Part shown: positions 1 to 12,849 of the stretch, piece after piece
Layout: each line of letters begins with the position of its first letter
How positions within the stretch are numbered: the stretch's first letter is position 1
NCBI GenBank assembly: GCA_029717555.1
Contig: JAMDHS010000062.1
Location: 62,001 to 126,000, forward strand
DNA length: 64,000 nucleotides
Direction: 5' to 3'
From: Peribolospora baueri
Lineage: Eukaryota
Made by a program: the position numbers and the translations under genes
The notes under the pieces: generated by a model
Told to the model about the DNA's origin: nothing
What the model saw: only the letters and a program-made list of their open reading frames with translations
Databases searched by the model: none

Positions 1-841
1 CCGACATCGCTCACCACCGCATCCAGATCTACCACGCCCCAGTCTACGATAATGAGGATGAGGAGACGATTGCGGAGAACGAGGAAATTGTCGTGAGTGT
101 CCGTCGCATCGGCGGATCAATTGAGCGGCGGAGCCGTTCGTAACGGTCCGTTGAATGCCCTCTTTCTGCCCGTCTCCCCTTCCCGCAGCGTAAGATTCCC
201 TTCGCCATCGTCGGCTCGGACCGCGAGGTGGACACTCCTGACGGCAGGCGAGTGCGTGGCCGTAGCTACCCGTGGGGCGTGATCGAGGTGGACGACGAGG
301 ACCACTGCGACTTTGTCAAGCTGCGTCAGATGCTCATTCGCACGCACATGGAGGAGCTCAAGGAGTATACCAATGACGTGCTCTACGAGAACTACCGCTC
401 CGAGAAGCTCCTCGCCATGGGTGTCACCCAGGACCACTCCGTTTTCAAGGAGGTCAACCCGGCTGCCAAGATGGCCGAGGAGCGCGCGCTCCACGAGGCC
501 AAGCTGGCCAAGATGGAGTCGGAGATGAAGCTCGTCTTCCAGCAGAAGGTCATGGAGAAGGAGGCCAAGCTGAAACAGTCCGAGGAGGAGCTCTACGCGC
601 GCCACCGCGAGATGAAGGACGCGCTCGAGAAGCAGAGGCTCGAGCTCGAAGACCGCAAGAGGCGCCTCGAGTCGGGCAGGCCTTTGACCCCGGAGAAGGT
701 GAGAGCTGACCAGGCGGCGCAGTCTTGGTGGCCTGTTGTTCGTCGGGCGTAGGGCGGCCAACTGACACCGTCATTCATCTTCGTGTCCCCTTCGTCTCAC
801 AGTCCGGCAAGAAGAAGGGCGGCTTCTCTCTCCGTGGATGA
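1..841 (+). CDS. CDC3: Septin, Cdc3/AspB type (3' part; truncated by window start)
   Basis: Exons <1-92, 189-698 and 803-841 with GT-AG introns. Septin motifs [23 protein letters not shown] and [11 protein letters not shown], a C-terminal coiled coil, and the terminal KKGGFSLRG. Confidence 0.9.
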
Positions 842-1862
842 GCGATGTCTTGACGCCGTTAAAACGTCTCTACCGACTGTCCACGCTTTCAGCATCTATT
901 TACCTCGACGCTTCTCTCGTTTTCCATCGGTTGATACCATGTCGCGCCGCGTTGCCTTGCGTCGCGTGTGCGACACCCCCACCCACCCTGACTTCCCCGT
1001 TTCTCGGGTGCGGACGTTCGCCATTCCTCTCTTTCACCTTCTTGATTTCCGTCTGTCCTTCGACGTTTCCTTTCCTAATTTCTGGTCTCCCCGTCGGAAG
1101 ATCGCATGGCGCTTTTTCCACCTCTCGCTCGTTTACCCTCTCTTCGTTTCACTTTCCTTTTCCCCTTTGGGACCGGAAGGCTCTCGGTTCGTTCATCAAT
1201 CATGGACGGCTTCTCCTTCATCGTCTCTGTCCGGGCCGGATTGGCCACGTACTCCATATCATGTCTCCTACCATTCCTCCATCCTATCTGGTCGAGCTCC
1301 GTCGCGGCGTGGACCGTGGCTCGTGACCGGTGACCGGCCGTGGTTGGTAGAACGGACGGAAGGATGGATGTACCGTCCACGCTTTCCTCGTCCTCTCCCC
1401 TTCTCTCCTAGTTCCCCTCCTTGACGTGCACCCCACGCCGCCGTTCCTTCTTTCGTCAGTCCTCGTCTGGAACCTCGCGCCTGTCTCTTCCCTCCCTCCC
1501 GTTCTCTTCGTTTCCCCCTCCCTCCTCCAGTCTCTTTCTCTTTCTCGTCTCCCCAGCGTCTGTCATGTCTTGTCCTGTTTCCTCCGCCCTCTCTCATCCC
1601 AGTCTTCTTCGTGTCTGTCATGGAAAGGAAAAATCCTCCGTTTCTCTACACCTCCCACTGCAGATGCTGTTGAGCACCTCGGGCGACTGAGACGGGGTTT
1701 GCTGCGGCAATCACTTTCTTCTCGGCTACAGCGACTTCGACCACCGACGTCGTTGCTCATCCGCTTTCCATCTCTTTCCTCCTTTTCCTCCATTCTCTCC
1801 TCCACCATTTCCGCTTCCCACTGGCGTCGGTCGCTCGACGCCACGCCCTACCAACGACCGCG

Positions 1863-2890
1863 ATGGCCACCCTGCGCACCATCGGTTCATGGGCGCTCCG
1901 AGCGTCTCCAACGGCCTGCTCCCTGACCTCCTCCGCCACGTCTTGCCCCCTCTCCTACCGAACTCAAATACGCTCCTCCCACATCGGCTCCATGCCCATC
2001 CAATTCACCCCTTCCGTTGTATCCCTTCGCCTCTCCTCCGACCCCCCCCCGCGGCCCAATCCTTCCCGCCCGTTGCCCCCGGCGATGCGCGAGGCGACAA
2101 GCCTCATCGTCGAGGGACCCAAGGGCACGCAGACCGTCCCGATCCAGCCTTTTGTGCGGATCGAGTTTGAAGGGCAGGGGAATGGATCAGAGACGGGGAC
2201 GGGGACGGGGACGGGGACGGACGGTGCGCCGTCCAAGTTGACCTTGAGCGTCGTCGACCCGAGCGAGCGCATCCAACGGTCCGTCTGGGGCCTCACGCGT
2301 GCGCTCATCGCCAACGCCGTCGAGGGCGTCCAGAACAAACATTCCAAAGTGCTTCGGCTCGTCGGCGTTGGGTACAGGGCGGGCGTTGAGGAGGATTTGT
2401 CGGCCGTCGTGCCCGGCAGCGCCGAGGCAGCAGCGCTGGCGGAAGGAGCAAATGGAGCGAAGCGCAAGAGGGAACGCCTGAACCTCAAGCTCGGCTACGC
2501 TCACCCCGTGCTCATTCCCATCCCCGCCGACATCTCCGTCACCACGCCCCAGCCGACGCGAATCATACTCAAGGGCGTTGACAAGCAAAGATTGGGCGAG
2601 TTTGCGGCGAGGATCAGGGCTTGGAGGCCGCCTGAGCCTTACAAGGTGCGTCTGCGGGACAAGGTGGAGAAGGCCCTGACTGACCGACTGATTGACCTTG
2701 ACCTGACGTGTACTGTTCTGTCCCGTCTTTTCCTCCCCATTCCGGACTGGCTTGCTCCGACCTACCCTCCCCGGCCGCTCCCCTCCGTCTCTTTCGACCG
2801 CCCTCGACCCGGCTCGTGAACGGCGGACAGGGCAAAGGCATCTTCATCGATGATGAGACGATCAAGCTGCGCGCTACGAGGAAAAAGTGA
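1863..2890 (+). CDS. MRPL6: Mitochondrial ribosomal protein uL6m
   Basis: Presequence-like N-terminus, SHIGSMPI, VEGPKG, WGLTRALIANAVEGV, LRLVGVGYRA, LKLGYAHP. PPEPYK|GKGIF is joined across intron 2646-2830. Confidence 0.92.
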
Positions 2891-3686
2891 ACGAACGGGA
2901 CATCCCAGCCCGGCGGCTACAGTCAGGATTGCGTCGCTAGGAGGGGGATGGGGGTGGTGTTCTTTATTTTCTTTTGTCAACTTAGAGACAGGCGAGCCCG
3001 CCGATCACTTCGTTGGCGGGGTCGGCGACGTTAAAGACGTTCGACATGCGGCGAATAGACGTCTTCTTCGCCCGGTCAGACGGCGTGTGTGTGTGTGTGT
3101 GCTGGAAACAGACGTCGGTCGACTCGGAACGAAGAAACAAAAGAGGCGGACCGGGCCGAAAACAAAGTCCCCATTGGTCAGGTCACAGAGAGAGAAGGAG
3201 CGAGCAAGTTAGACGTACATGCGGGACGGACGGATTGGGAAACAAGGACGGACTGGACTGGACTGGGAGGAGGGGGGGCACAGCGTAGCGTAGCGTAACG
3301 TAACAGGGCGTCTACCGCACAACGTGATCGAACCGGTCGAAAGGGAAGCGATGGGGGATGACGGTCGGAGTGTTGGAGTGTGTGAGGGCAAGAGGGGTAA
3401 AGACGGGGGGTGAGGCGATCGAAACGAGGGCGAGGGAGAAATGGAAAAAGGAGAGGATCAGAAGCTGGCCGGGGGGAGGACCGTCTGAGACGAGGTTCGA
3501 AGGGCTCGGAGACGACGAGAAAGCTACGGCGAGCCAGTGGAATCTTCGCCAGACGAGATGACCCGCGGCCCCCTCGAGACTCCTTCGTCTCGTCTCATAT
3601 CGTCCCACCTTCTGACCCAGCTCAGACAAAAACCGGTCAACATGCCATCCTTCTGTGCACCCGTCTCTCCCCTATGCCCCGTCCTG

Positions 3687-5266
3687 CTAATGCATGTACC
3701 CTCCCAACGGCTGCTGCTTTGCGGCAGCGGCGGCGGCAGCTGCCGCGTGCGCCTGAGCCTGCTGGTGAGCGGCAACGGCCTGGGCGTGCGCGGCAGCGGC
3801 TTGTTGCTGCTGTTGCTGTTGCTGCTGCTGCTGCTGAGCTGCAGCTGCCGCCACTGCTGTCGGGTTGAGCTGAGCCTGCCCGTGGTGCTGATGCTGGGGA
3901 TGAGGGTGGGCGTGAGGCTGAGCAGGTTGGACCGCTGCGGGGGTGGTGAAATACGGGTGGCGAAGTGCCTCTTCAGCCGTGATTCGTTGGGTGGGGTCGA
4001 ATTTCAAGAGCTTCTCTAGAAGGTCGATGGCTGCCGGTTAGGGGGAGTCGGTGCGACGGTGGAACGGTGAGATGGGGTTAAGGAGGCGAATTCGACAAAG
4101 AGCGTTTCGAGTTCAGAGCAGAGAGGAAATGAGATGAGCAAGACGTTATCAACAAGAACACAGAGCAAGCATGTTGACTGCTTGCTCAGAGCCCCTTTCG
4201 CAAACTCACCGAGGGGGTGCGCTTTCGGGAAGATTTGCTGGAAAGGAATCTTTGGCATTCGCGCGAATGGCCGGAGCTGAATTTCGGGCTGTCATGGCGG
4301 ATTTCGGAAATGCAGGTTGTGTCAGAGGCCGGCTAACGTCCCAATCGACCGCGGCGGCGACCACTTCGCGTCGGTGGCGTTCCTCCTCGTCCCTGCACAC
4401 TCACCGAGTCATTCGTCAGTTTTCGCAACGTTGCCTCATCCGGGGTGCCAAGGATGCGCAAGATCTGGTTGAGCTGGTCGTTGTTGTCCCGACCACGGAA
4501 GAGAGGCACGCCGCTGATCATCTCGGCCATGATGCACCCAGCGCTCCATACGTCAATGCTGGTGCTGTATGTCCTGCTTCCGAGCAAAACATCAGGGGCG
4601 CGGTACCAGAGCGTGACGACCTCGTTGCTGAACGTGTTGACGGGGATGCCGAAGGCGCGAGCGAGGCCAAAGTCGGCGAGCTTGAGCTCCCCTCGCTTGT
4701 TGATGAGCAAGTTCTGGGGCTTGAGGTCGCGGTGGAGGATGCGGTTCTCGTGGCAAAAGGCGGTGCCCTTGAGAAGCTGGTACATGAAGGATCTGACGGT
4801 GATAGGGTCGAGTGCGCCGCGGTCTCCGTGGATGTCCATGTACTTCTTGAGGTCCTGCTCCATGTACTCGAAGACGAGCATGAGCTTGGACTCTGTGTGA
4901 ATGACGTCGTGAAGCCGCACGATGTTCTGATGTCGGAGCTCCTTCATGAGCGAGATCTCGCGGATGGCCGTCGATGGGGTGCCCTCCTCCGAGTCGAGGT
5001 GGATCTCTTTGAGCGCGACGATCTCATTCGTGATGCGGCTTCGACCCTGGAGACGAAGGGAGACGGTTCGTGATGAGTCAAGACGCCCCCGGCGGTTCTT
5101 CCCCAGGCATTGCTTTGCCTGCTCCTCTCCCTGACATCTCCCTCCGGCTCCTTCGTCGCCCCTGCCCTCTCCTCTCCGTGTTTCCGACCCGTCGGGCAGT
5201 CGCTCTCACCTTGAAGACCGTCGCGTAGGTGCCCTCGCCGAGCTTCTCGAGTTGGGTATAATTCAT
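3687..5266 (-). CDS. PHO85: Cyclin-dependent kinase Pho85/Cdk5 with polyQ/polyA C-terminal tail
   Basis: [86 protein letters not shown]. Multi-exon. Confidence 0.95.
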
Positions 5267-5458
5267 GGCGAGCTGACCGTCCGTCTCAGTCCTCCTTGAG
5301 GGGCTCGAGAAGAAAAGAGGGGGGGAGGGAGGAAGAAAGGATGAGACGAAGAGGACGAGCGACGAGGATGGGTGTGATTTCCGCCGACTTCTCTCCACCA
5401 CAACGTTCCACCCCGTCCGTGCATTCCAGACGCAGCTGCTCCGACTGCGGCTCAACAC

Positions 5459-5496
5459 CACGTGGACGACCTCGCACAACAAAGCCCATCCACGTG
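5459..5496. promoter_or_regulatory. Two CACGTG E-boxes (candidate Pho4/NUC-1 sites) upstream of PHO85
   Basis: CACGTGG at 5459 and 5491 in the PHO85/UTP5 divergent intergenic region. Confidence 0.35.
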
Positions 5497-5660
5497 GCCG
5501 TGGGAAACAGAGACCGGCCGCAGCTTTTGCGTGAGGCTCTTCTTGAGCGAGCAGCGCGAAGAACGGTCGGGATGGAGAGAGGAAAGCTGAGCAGAGCAGA
5601 GCAAACGGTCGACGTCGACTTGTCTTCGCCCGTCCTCACCATCTCTACTCGCCGCCCACC

Positions 5661-8600
5661 ATGGCCCCCAAGCGAGGTCATTCTCAGAAGCACAACACCC
5701 GCCCGGCGGCCACGTCCTCCTTCTCTGCCGCCTCCAATCCCGCCGCATCTGCGTCCACCTCCAACATCCTCTCCGCCTACTCGCCCTCGGCCGCCCTCTT
5801 CGCCCTCGTCACTCTCGCCGTGGATAAGCACCGCGTACGTATATATGACTCTTCTGCTCTATCTGGAGCGTCATCGGCGGCCGGAAGCGGTACGCTTGGT
5901 CAGGCCGTCGCCGACTATGTGATTCCGGACGCGAGATGCGCCTCCCTCGCTTGGGGCTCGTACCCGTCCGCCACGAGCACCCCGACCGAGACGCCTAATT
6001 CGAAGAAACGCAAGAAGGACGGAAAGGAAGCAGCTGCTCCCAAGGCTTCTTCCAGCGCTTCCTCCCCCGCTGTGCCTGTTCTCGCCCTCGGCTTGTCCAA
6101 TGGCTCAGTTCACCTCTTCTCGCCTTCCCACGGCCGCGTGCTCCGAGTGCTGGGTCATCCCAGTGCGACGACTCCCGTCACCGGCGTCGCTTTCTCCGAC
6201 GAGCATGTACCGGGAGCCGCCAAGGTGTGGACAAGCAGCGAGGACGGCGTCGTGCGGTCGTGGTCGCTTGGAACGCACAGGAGCGACGAGCCGGAGGTGG
6301 TACACCGGCATAAGCCGGATGACCGAACGTCCGTGCGGACGCTCTCTTTAAGGCCATGCGCCGACCCTTCGACGACGACGACGACGACCCAGTTGCTTGC
6401 GGCACATCACTCTATCAAGCTGCTCTCCTTTTCCTCCGCATCGGCAGCACCGCGTACGCTAGCTACTTTCACGGGACACGCTTCTCCTCTCACTCGAATG
6501 GTGTGGCTTCCTCCCGCACCCGGCTCTACCAAGCCCACACGATTCGTCTCAGCAGCAGAAGGGGATCGAGTGGCCTATCTTTGGGAAATTCCTTCAGTCT
6601 CGGACGAGGACAAGGACGAATCCGGCGTCAAATCGGTGGTTCGAGAAGGCAGGACGATCGCCAACATCCCGGCCGACGCCGAGATCCGTCACTTGGCAGT
6701 CGCTCCTTCTCCATCGGCAGGCGGGGCAGAGACTTTGCTCGTGCTCACGCAAGAAGGCGACGTCTCCCTCTTTGCTCTACCTTTGTACAGCGACATGACT
6801 GCGTCGTCGACTAAGACCTCGAGTCCGAAGAAGAAGTCAGCCATTCCGACGCTCAAGGCTGCCTCTTCTCTCAAACTCTCCCTCGTCTCTTCCTCCTCTT
6901 CTCCCTCCAAGCAGAAGAAAGGGTCGGACGTCGTCACCTCGACAGCGAATGATGTTGCCGACACAATCGTCTTGGACGCGACGTTTACATCCCAGTCTGG
7001 CACCGGAGACTCAAATCAGCTGCAGCGTCTCGCTTTTGTGCGGCTCGTTCGAGGTGCAAAGCCCGTGTTCGAAAGTGTTGCCTTCCGGGACGCTGAGACC
7101 GGCGCCTATGTGCCTTCTATCGATGTGACGAGGAGGAAGATGGGGGGAGGTGTGTTGGTTGATACGGGTGATGAGGACTCGTTGGGAGACGTGAGTGGTT
7201 TTGGCTTGCCCTATTCCTCGTTCGGTCTTCCCTCTATCCTGAAACACGAACTCGCCTTTTTTCACTGATTGTTCTCACAACAGGCCGCGAAACTCCAGCG
7301 GTACAGCGAGCCGGCCAAGTCTTCCGTACGAACCGGCCTCGATGTCTCTTCGGCAGCGGCGTTCAAAGGCGACGGCGCAGTGTTTGACGACGCTGACCTC
7401 GCCGCTGCGATGGGCGGTGCGGAGGAGCAGGCGGAGCTGGATCCGAACGACCTGGACTCGACGGAGCCTACGCTCGCGCAGAGGCTCAGAGGCCTCGCTG
7501 TCCAGCATGGCGAGGGTAAAAAAGGGGCGAGCGAAGACAGTGGAGAGGGAGAAGAGGATGATGAAAGGGAAGGAGACGAGGATACGTCAGGTAGACGGAG
7601 AAGACGTCACTCATCCTCAGCCATCGCCCCCGCCCCCACGGCTTCATTGGCCCACACGCTCACCCAAGCCCTCCACTCTGGCGACTCTACGCTCCTCTCT
7701 AGCTGCCTCGTCCATTCGGAGCCCTCGCTAGTTCGCAACACCGTCAAGCGCCTCCCTGGTCCGCTGGTCGTGAGGCTCTTGGAGGCTTGCGTGGAGAGGA
7801 TGTCGCACGGGGGCGTGAAGAGCAAAGGTGCTTTGGGCACGGGCAGGGCGAGGGGCTTGATAGAGTGGGTGAGACAGTGCTTGGTATGTCATACTGGCTA
7901 TCTTATGACTGTGAGTAGCGGGAATTTGCTCGAGCTTTCGCGGCCTCGTCGCAACCGGATGAACTCCGAAGTTTTGACCGTCTTTCCCTACGACCTTGCA
8001 GCTGCCCAGCCTTGTCACCCGCCTCTCCCACCTCCACACGGCCCTCTCATCGCGCCTATCGACTCACGACCGCCTTCTTTCTCTCAATGGCCGACTCGAG
8101 CTCGTTCTCTCCCAGATCGACCTCCGATCTCACTACGCTCCCAGCCTCGGTGGTGCGCAGGTCAGCGCATCGCTGCGGTCTGGTGGTGGCAGGGCCGCCA
8201 GGCGGAGGAAGGGTAAGGCTGCCGCCGGTGGTGGTGGTAATGAAGGATTGGAGGGGCCAGGGCCGGCAAAATACGTAGAGGGGGAGAGCTCAAGCAGTGA
8301 GAGCGAAGGGGACATGGAGGTGGATGGCGAAGGGGAGGGTATGGATGTTGAGGATGCGAGCGAGACGGGTAGCATTGAGGATGTGGCTTTGGGCGGGGAT
8401 GAAGAGGAGGACGAGGAGGATGTAGATTTGGATTTGGAGGATGAGGAGGACGATGAAGGTGAGCTGAATGGAGTCTGGTCGGCCGTGTTCTTTTTTTTCT
8501 CTTTGGTCCTCTTTCCTCCTCTCTTCTGGATAATAACTGATCATCGGACGGCCATCGTCTCTCTCTGTCTCTCTGACTCTCCCGCCCATGTCGCATCGCC

Positions 8601-8756
8601 CTTGACGTGCACGCCTTGGCAGACGATGATGACGAAGATGAAGACGAGGACGAGGACGAGGAGGAAGACGACGAGGGCCGTCCTAACGGCTTCCTCGAAC
8701 TCGAGGCTTCAGAGGAGGACGAAGGCGATTCAGACGAGGAGGAGGAGGAGGAATAG
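5661..8756 (+). CDS. UTP5: SSU processome subunit Utp5/WDR43 (WD40 + Dip2/Utp12 domain + acidic tail)
   Basis: WD-like N-terminus (VDKHRVRIYD, LALGLSNGSVHLFSP, TFTGHAS). Utp12 domain SLAHTLTQALHSGDSTLLSSCL...VRNTVKRL...WVRQCLVCHTGYL|LPSLV...LLSLNGRLELVLSQI. D/E-rich end; 4 exons. Confidence 0.85.
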
Positions 8757-10195
8757 AATTGAAGTGCTCCTTTCTTCCGTCTGTCGGCGCACCGAACCGA
8801 CCCGCATTGTCTGTCTGTCCCGTCATCCTGGCATTCATGTCGTCATGCTGCAATTTTCACATGTTGTCATCCATTAAGAAGAAGGGCGAGCTCGTCCGAG
8901 TTGCTCCGCTATCGGGTTGCGCGGGATCCATCAGCCCTTGGCGAGAAACGAGCTCAAGGAAGCAAACACAGTGAGAGTTGATGGTCTGCAGCACTCACTG
9001 TGAGAAAAGAGGCCTTGCGCAAGAAAAAGGGGGACGCTGTTCATCAGGTTGGCCGGCTAGACTACATGCGCATGGGAAAGTGATCCCTCCCACCGACGAC
9101 ATCTGCTGGCGCCCGCGCCGCTCGTTGGTCTGAGCAATTAAAGACGATGTCACGGCATTCCTACTGGGCCGGAACGTAGGTCTTGATAAGCTTTAAAGGA
9201 TGGGACTGACAGGAAGGAGGAAGAGATGGTTGGGAGAGACAGGCAGTCCCCGAGGCCTTGTGCGCCGTCCTTCGGCATACGGATTGCTCCAAGCCACCGC
9301 TGGCGCAAAGGACAGGTTCAGGGGGGGAGGGGCGCGCTGGGGCTTGTACTGTGAGCGAGTCTCCGGTACTTGACGACATACGGCCTTCGGAGGGAGACCT
9401 TCAGCCCAAGCACGGCTGGTGGGACTACATCCACACGAGAGGCGATCCTCCTCCATAGAAGCACAAGAGGAGGGCCGAATGAGCACGAGTCGCTCGGGAG
9501 ATCGACCGAGGCAGTTCTCCGCATGGCCAGAACTACGAAGCAATGCGCTAACCGTCGTCGCCCCGGCGAGGATGGTGTCCAGTCCAGCGCCCAGAGGAAT
9601 GGGAACAGAGATAAAACATAATCGATTACGGTTCGACCTTCTAAATCTATTCTAGATGCACACCAAGCGCGATAAGAGTCACCTCTAAGTGAGGACGATA
9701 AGCTGAGCCCATCGAGAGGGGCGAGTAGCGAACGAGAGGCGTTTGAGGGATGGAAATAAAGACAATTGTCGAGGCCACGACGGCCCAGGAGTCGACGGAG
9801 GTTTGTAAACCGAGGCAGGGGAAGACTCGAGTCGAGCCAGGATGATCGGTTGTCCGTTCAAGCTGATATCGGGGTCGCATAGACGGCGACTCAGAGCTAG
9901 AGAAAGTCGACGAATTCCAGTATGCGAACGGGCGGGCAAGGAAGGGGCGAGATAGGTCTGGTGGAAGAGAGGGGTGACCCGCGAGAGGGGGAGGGGGGCG
10001 TGGAAGGCGAGAGCTCGGCTGGAAGTCGAGGCGGCGTTCGCTGATGACCATGGCAAACCACGGGAGTGGGGAGAGAGCGGGAAGAGCCGGCGCTGAGGGA
10101 GGATGGGGAGCGTTGGGAGAGGACTTAAAGAGACATGGCGGGTCTCGCAACGAACCAAAAGATGAGCAATCCTTGAAGGGAACCGGTCCATCATT

Positions 10196-11158
10196 CTAGA
10201 CGACCATGCTGGACCCTGCATCGTCCTCTTCGACTCTTTGGAAGGCACCGCATTGCTGCGAGCGTTCCAGGCCGACAGCGCGGATTTGTTGAGCAGGGTG
10301 GGTGAAAGTGCAGAGTCTCATAATCAGAGGCCGTAAGAGGGAACGACATGGCCAGAGAGAAGGCAAGGGTAAGGCTATTCGAGGACTCGGCTCACCTGGC
10401 ATGTGACCCATGTCTCCGTCTTGGAGTAGAAAGGCGGCGCGGCGGTGCAGGACAGGCGAGGGATGGAGGTACATTGTGGTCTATTGAGTGTTTTCGCGGG
10501 GGGAACATGGGTAAGCAATCCGTTCGACAACCGCGGGACCTCCTCCCTCCTCCTTCGTCTCGCACTCACCCGTGCACGACCATCCGAGCGTTCCTGGACC
10601 TCCTCATGCTCGGTGCAGGGTCGACCTCGATGACCGTCCCCTCCTCCACCGACATTGGCGTGTCGCCAAACCCCGCCGCCCTCGGACCGTTCTGCAGTGC
10701 GACGTCGACGTCCACGGTGTCAATAACGCCCGAGTGCATTGAGCCGGGGTCCGTAAAAGCGCTGTGTCCGTGAAGATGCTGAGACTGAGGCTCGATGGTG
10801 GGCGGGAAGACGTGAAACGGCCTGTGGGCCTGATGGAAGCCGTCGGGCCCGACCGTCGAAGGGTCGCAATCGACCGTCGTGCTCAACGACGGATCACCCG
10901 CGGACTGAGGAGGGGCGGAAGGAGTGAAGAAGGGCTGGGAGGAAGAGGGAGATGGGGCGGACAAGTTAGGGATGGTTCGTACAGGAGTGTGCGGTTGGGT
11001 GGAGCCCGCTCGCTGACATCCGCCGTTTGTTTCGCTTGACCTCTTCCTTCCTCCGTTCTCGCCCTGCTCACCTTGCGCTTGTTCTCAGCACGCTTGTCGA
11101 GTTCCTCCTCGACGTGCTTCCGCTTGACTCCAACGGCCATCACCATATCGTAGGTCAT
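10196..11158 (-). CDS. Hypothetical 198-aa protein with basic N-terminus and C-terminal H/C...CxxC zinc-ribbon-like motif
   Basis: Four exons (11158-11072, 10934-10570, 10480-10396, 10255-10196) splice in frame through GTGAG...YAG introns. Ends HGPQCTSIPRLSC...TWVTCQQCGAFQRV. Confidence 0.7.
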
Positions 11159-12216
11159 GGAGGTAGGAGGGCAAGTCGGCACAGCAGCAGCCGGAGGGCA
11201 TTTTTGGCAATCGGACGACGGAAGGGCAGATGACGAGGCGCCGAGCTTGCGGAATGCAGGAGCGGGTTCTGATCAGTTTTCGTCGCACAAGCAAGACATG
11301 TTTTTCTTGCCCGATATGAAAAGCCAGAATTAAAAAAAGGGGGCGGGCGACAGCTTAGAGTCTCGGTCACCGTCCGGGACGATGAGCACGACGGTCCCCG
11401 GGTTGCTCCGCTACAGCGAGGCCCACGCGCTACGCCACGAGCTCAGAGAGGCCGGGATGGGAGACGAGCGGCAGGGGCGCGATACGACCACGCTCAGGGT
11501 CTACGATCAAGGACTCGGAGATGTCGTCGAGATCGGCAATGTTATCTATCTATCACTCCCCGGGACTCTCCGAGACGACGACGCCGCGCTCGACGACATT
11601 GACGCCGTACCCCCGACCTTGCATTCGATCCTCGCCTCGCCTCGCCTCGACTTGCAAACGTATGATGGCCTCCCTGCCGGGGGCGTCTGAGCGATTGCCG
11701 TGTAATCTTTATAGGTAAGCTCAGCTCACGGAGGCTCGAGACGATCTGTCCGGCTTGTCTTCCTTGTGTCCTCCGTCACCTCGTCCCTTGCTACGAGCGC
11801 GCCGCACGTGATCGCTCGTCGTCGGCTGCTTCGGCAAGCAGGCTCTCCGGACGGCCAACGTGACTGGCTAAACTGTGAGCTGAGGTTTATTGACAGGTAG
11901 CGGGAGCGTCGGGGTTCATACAGATTCCTGTGATGTCCTATCAGGGTCAGTATCCGGCTCGGCTGGCTGTACGAGCTGATCTAATGACATGCATGATAGG
12001 GTTAGGGACAAGGCTGGATGTATATAGACACGCTGCCTCCAGACAATGACGAGGAATCCCATCTCTTTTGCTACCATTCAGCTCGTTGGCACCATTACAT
12101 GGCGGTGCCAGCAGGGTATCGGAACTCCCTTGCTGTTGTTTAATCGTAAAGGCACCACTTTCTCACCCGCCATAGCGACAGAGACGGAGCTCCGCGGAGT
12201 CGGCCACCCTCACCGT

Positions 12217-12640
12217 TCACCGGAGCACAAAAGCAAAAGAGGTCACCAAGCCCCACCCATCCCCCATCCAACCGCGGAGAACATGGAAGTCGGCGGAAAG
12301 TTCAACTTTGACAGGGCGGCCGTCCGAGACGCGGGTGCCGTCCACGAAGAGTGAAAGGGTGACAAAGCCAGGCGATTTTTGACGGCCGATCCCCTGAACT
12401 GTCATCGCGAAGGGAGTAGGTCTGCCGCCCAACCAGTCGAAGAAGCCCGCGTCAATGTAGCTGATGTTGGCGCAGGAATCGAAGAGGGCATTACAGATGG
12501 GGCCCCTGGAATCCATGATGCGAGCGGCGATGAACGTGGGGACGGTCTTGCGATATTCCGTGCCGCGTCCTAGCGGAGAGCGGGCGTGTGGCGGATCGGT
12601 GCGCAGGCGAGAGGAGGAGGTCTCCCCGTGGCCGTCGCGT
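12217..12640 (-). mobile_element. Degenerate LTR-retrotransposon (Ty3/gypsy-like) aspartic protease fragment
   Basis: Frame reads LGRGTEYRKTVPTF...NALFDSCANISYIDA...VQGIG...ADFHVL, a retropepsin D-S-G-A motif altered to DSCA. The frame closes soon after, and no RT, integrase or LTR is visible. Confidence 0.6.
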
Positions 12641-12659
12641 ACACCCGGGGAGTGCCTAG

Positions 12660-12849
12660 TTTTGGGTCATCGCGGACTGTGCTTTTCCCGAACCAGCCGG
12701 GGAAGAAGGATCCCCCACCTGCATTATCACATGACGCCATCTGTCGCTTTCTCGGTCGGCGATGATGCAGACGTTACGCCCACTGGACTCGGCAGGGATC
12801 CTCCTTCCCCGGCTGGTTCGGGAAAAGCACAGTCTGCGATGACCCAAAA
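12660..12849. repeat. 55-bp inverted repeat with 80-bp spacer (MITE-like or hairpin)
   Basis: 12660-12714 is the reverse complement of 12795-12849 with 2 mismatches. Confidence 0.9.

Noticed and set aside
783..1926. ORFs in the pyrimidine-rich septin 3' region
   Set aside because: CT-rich UTR or intergenic composition, with no coding features.
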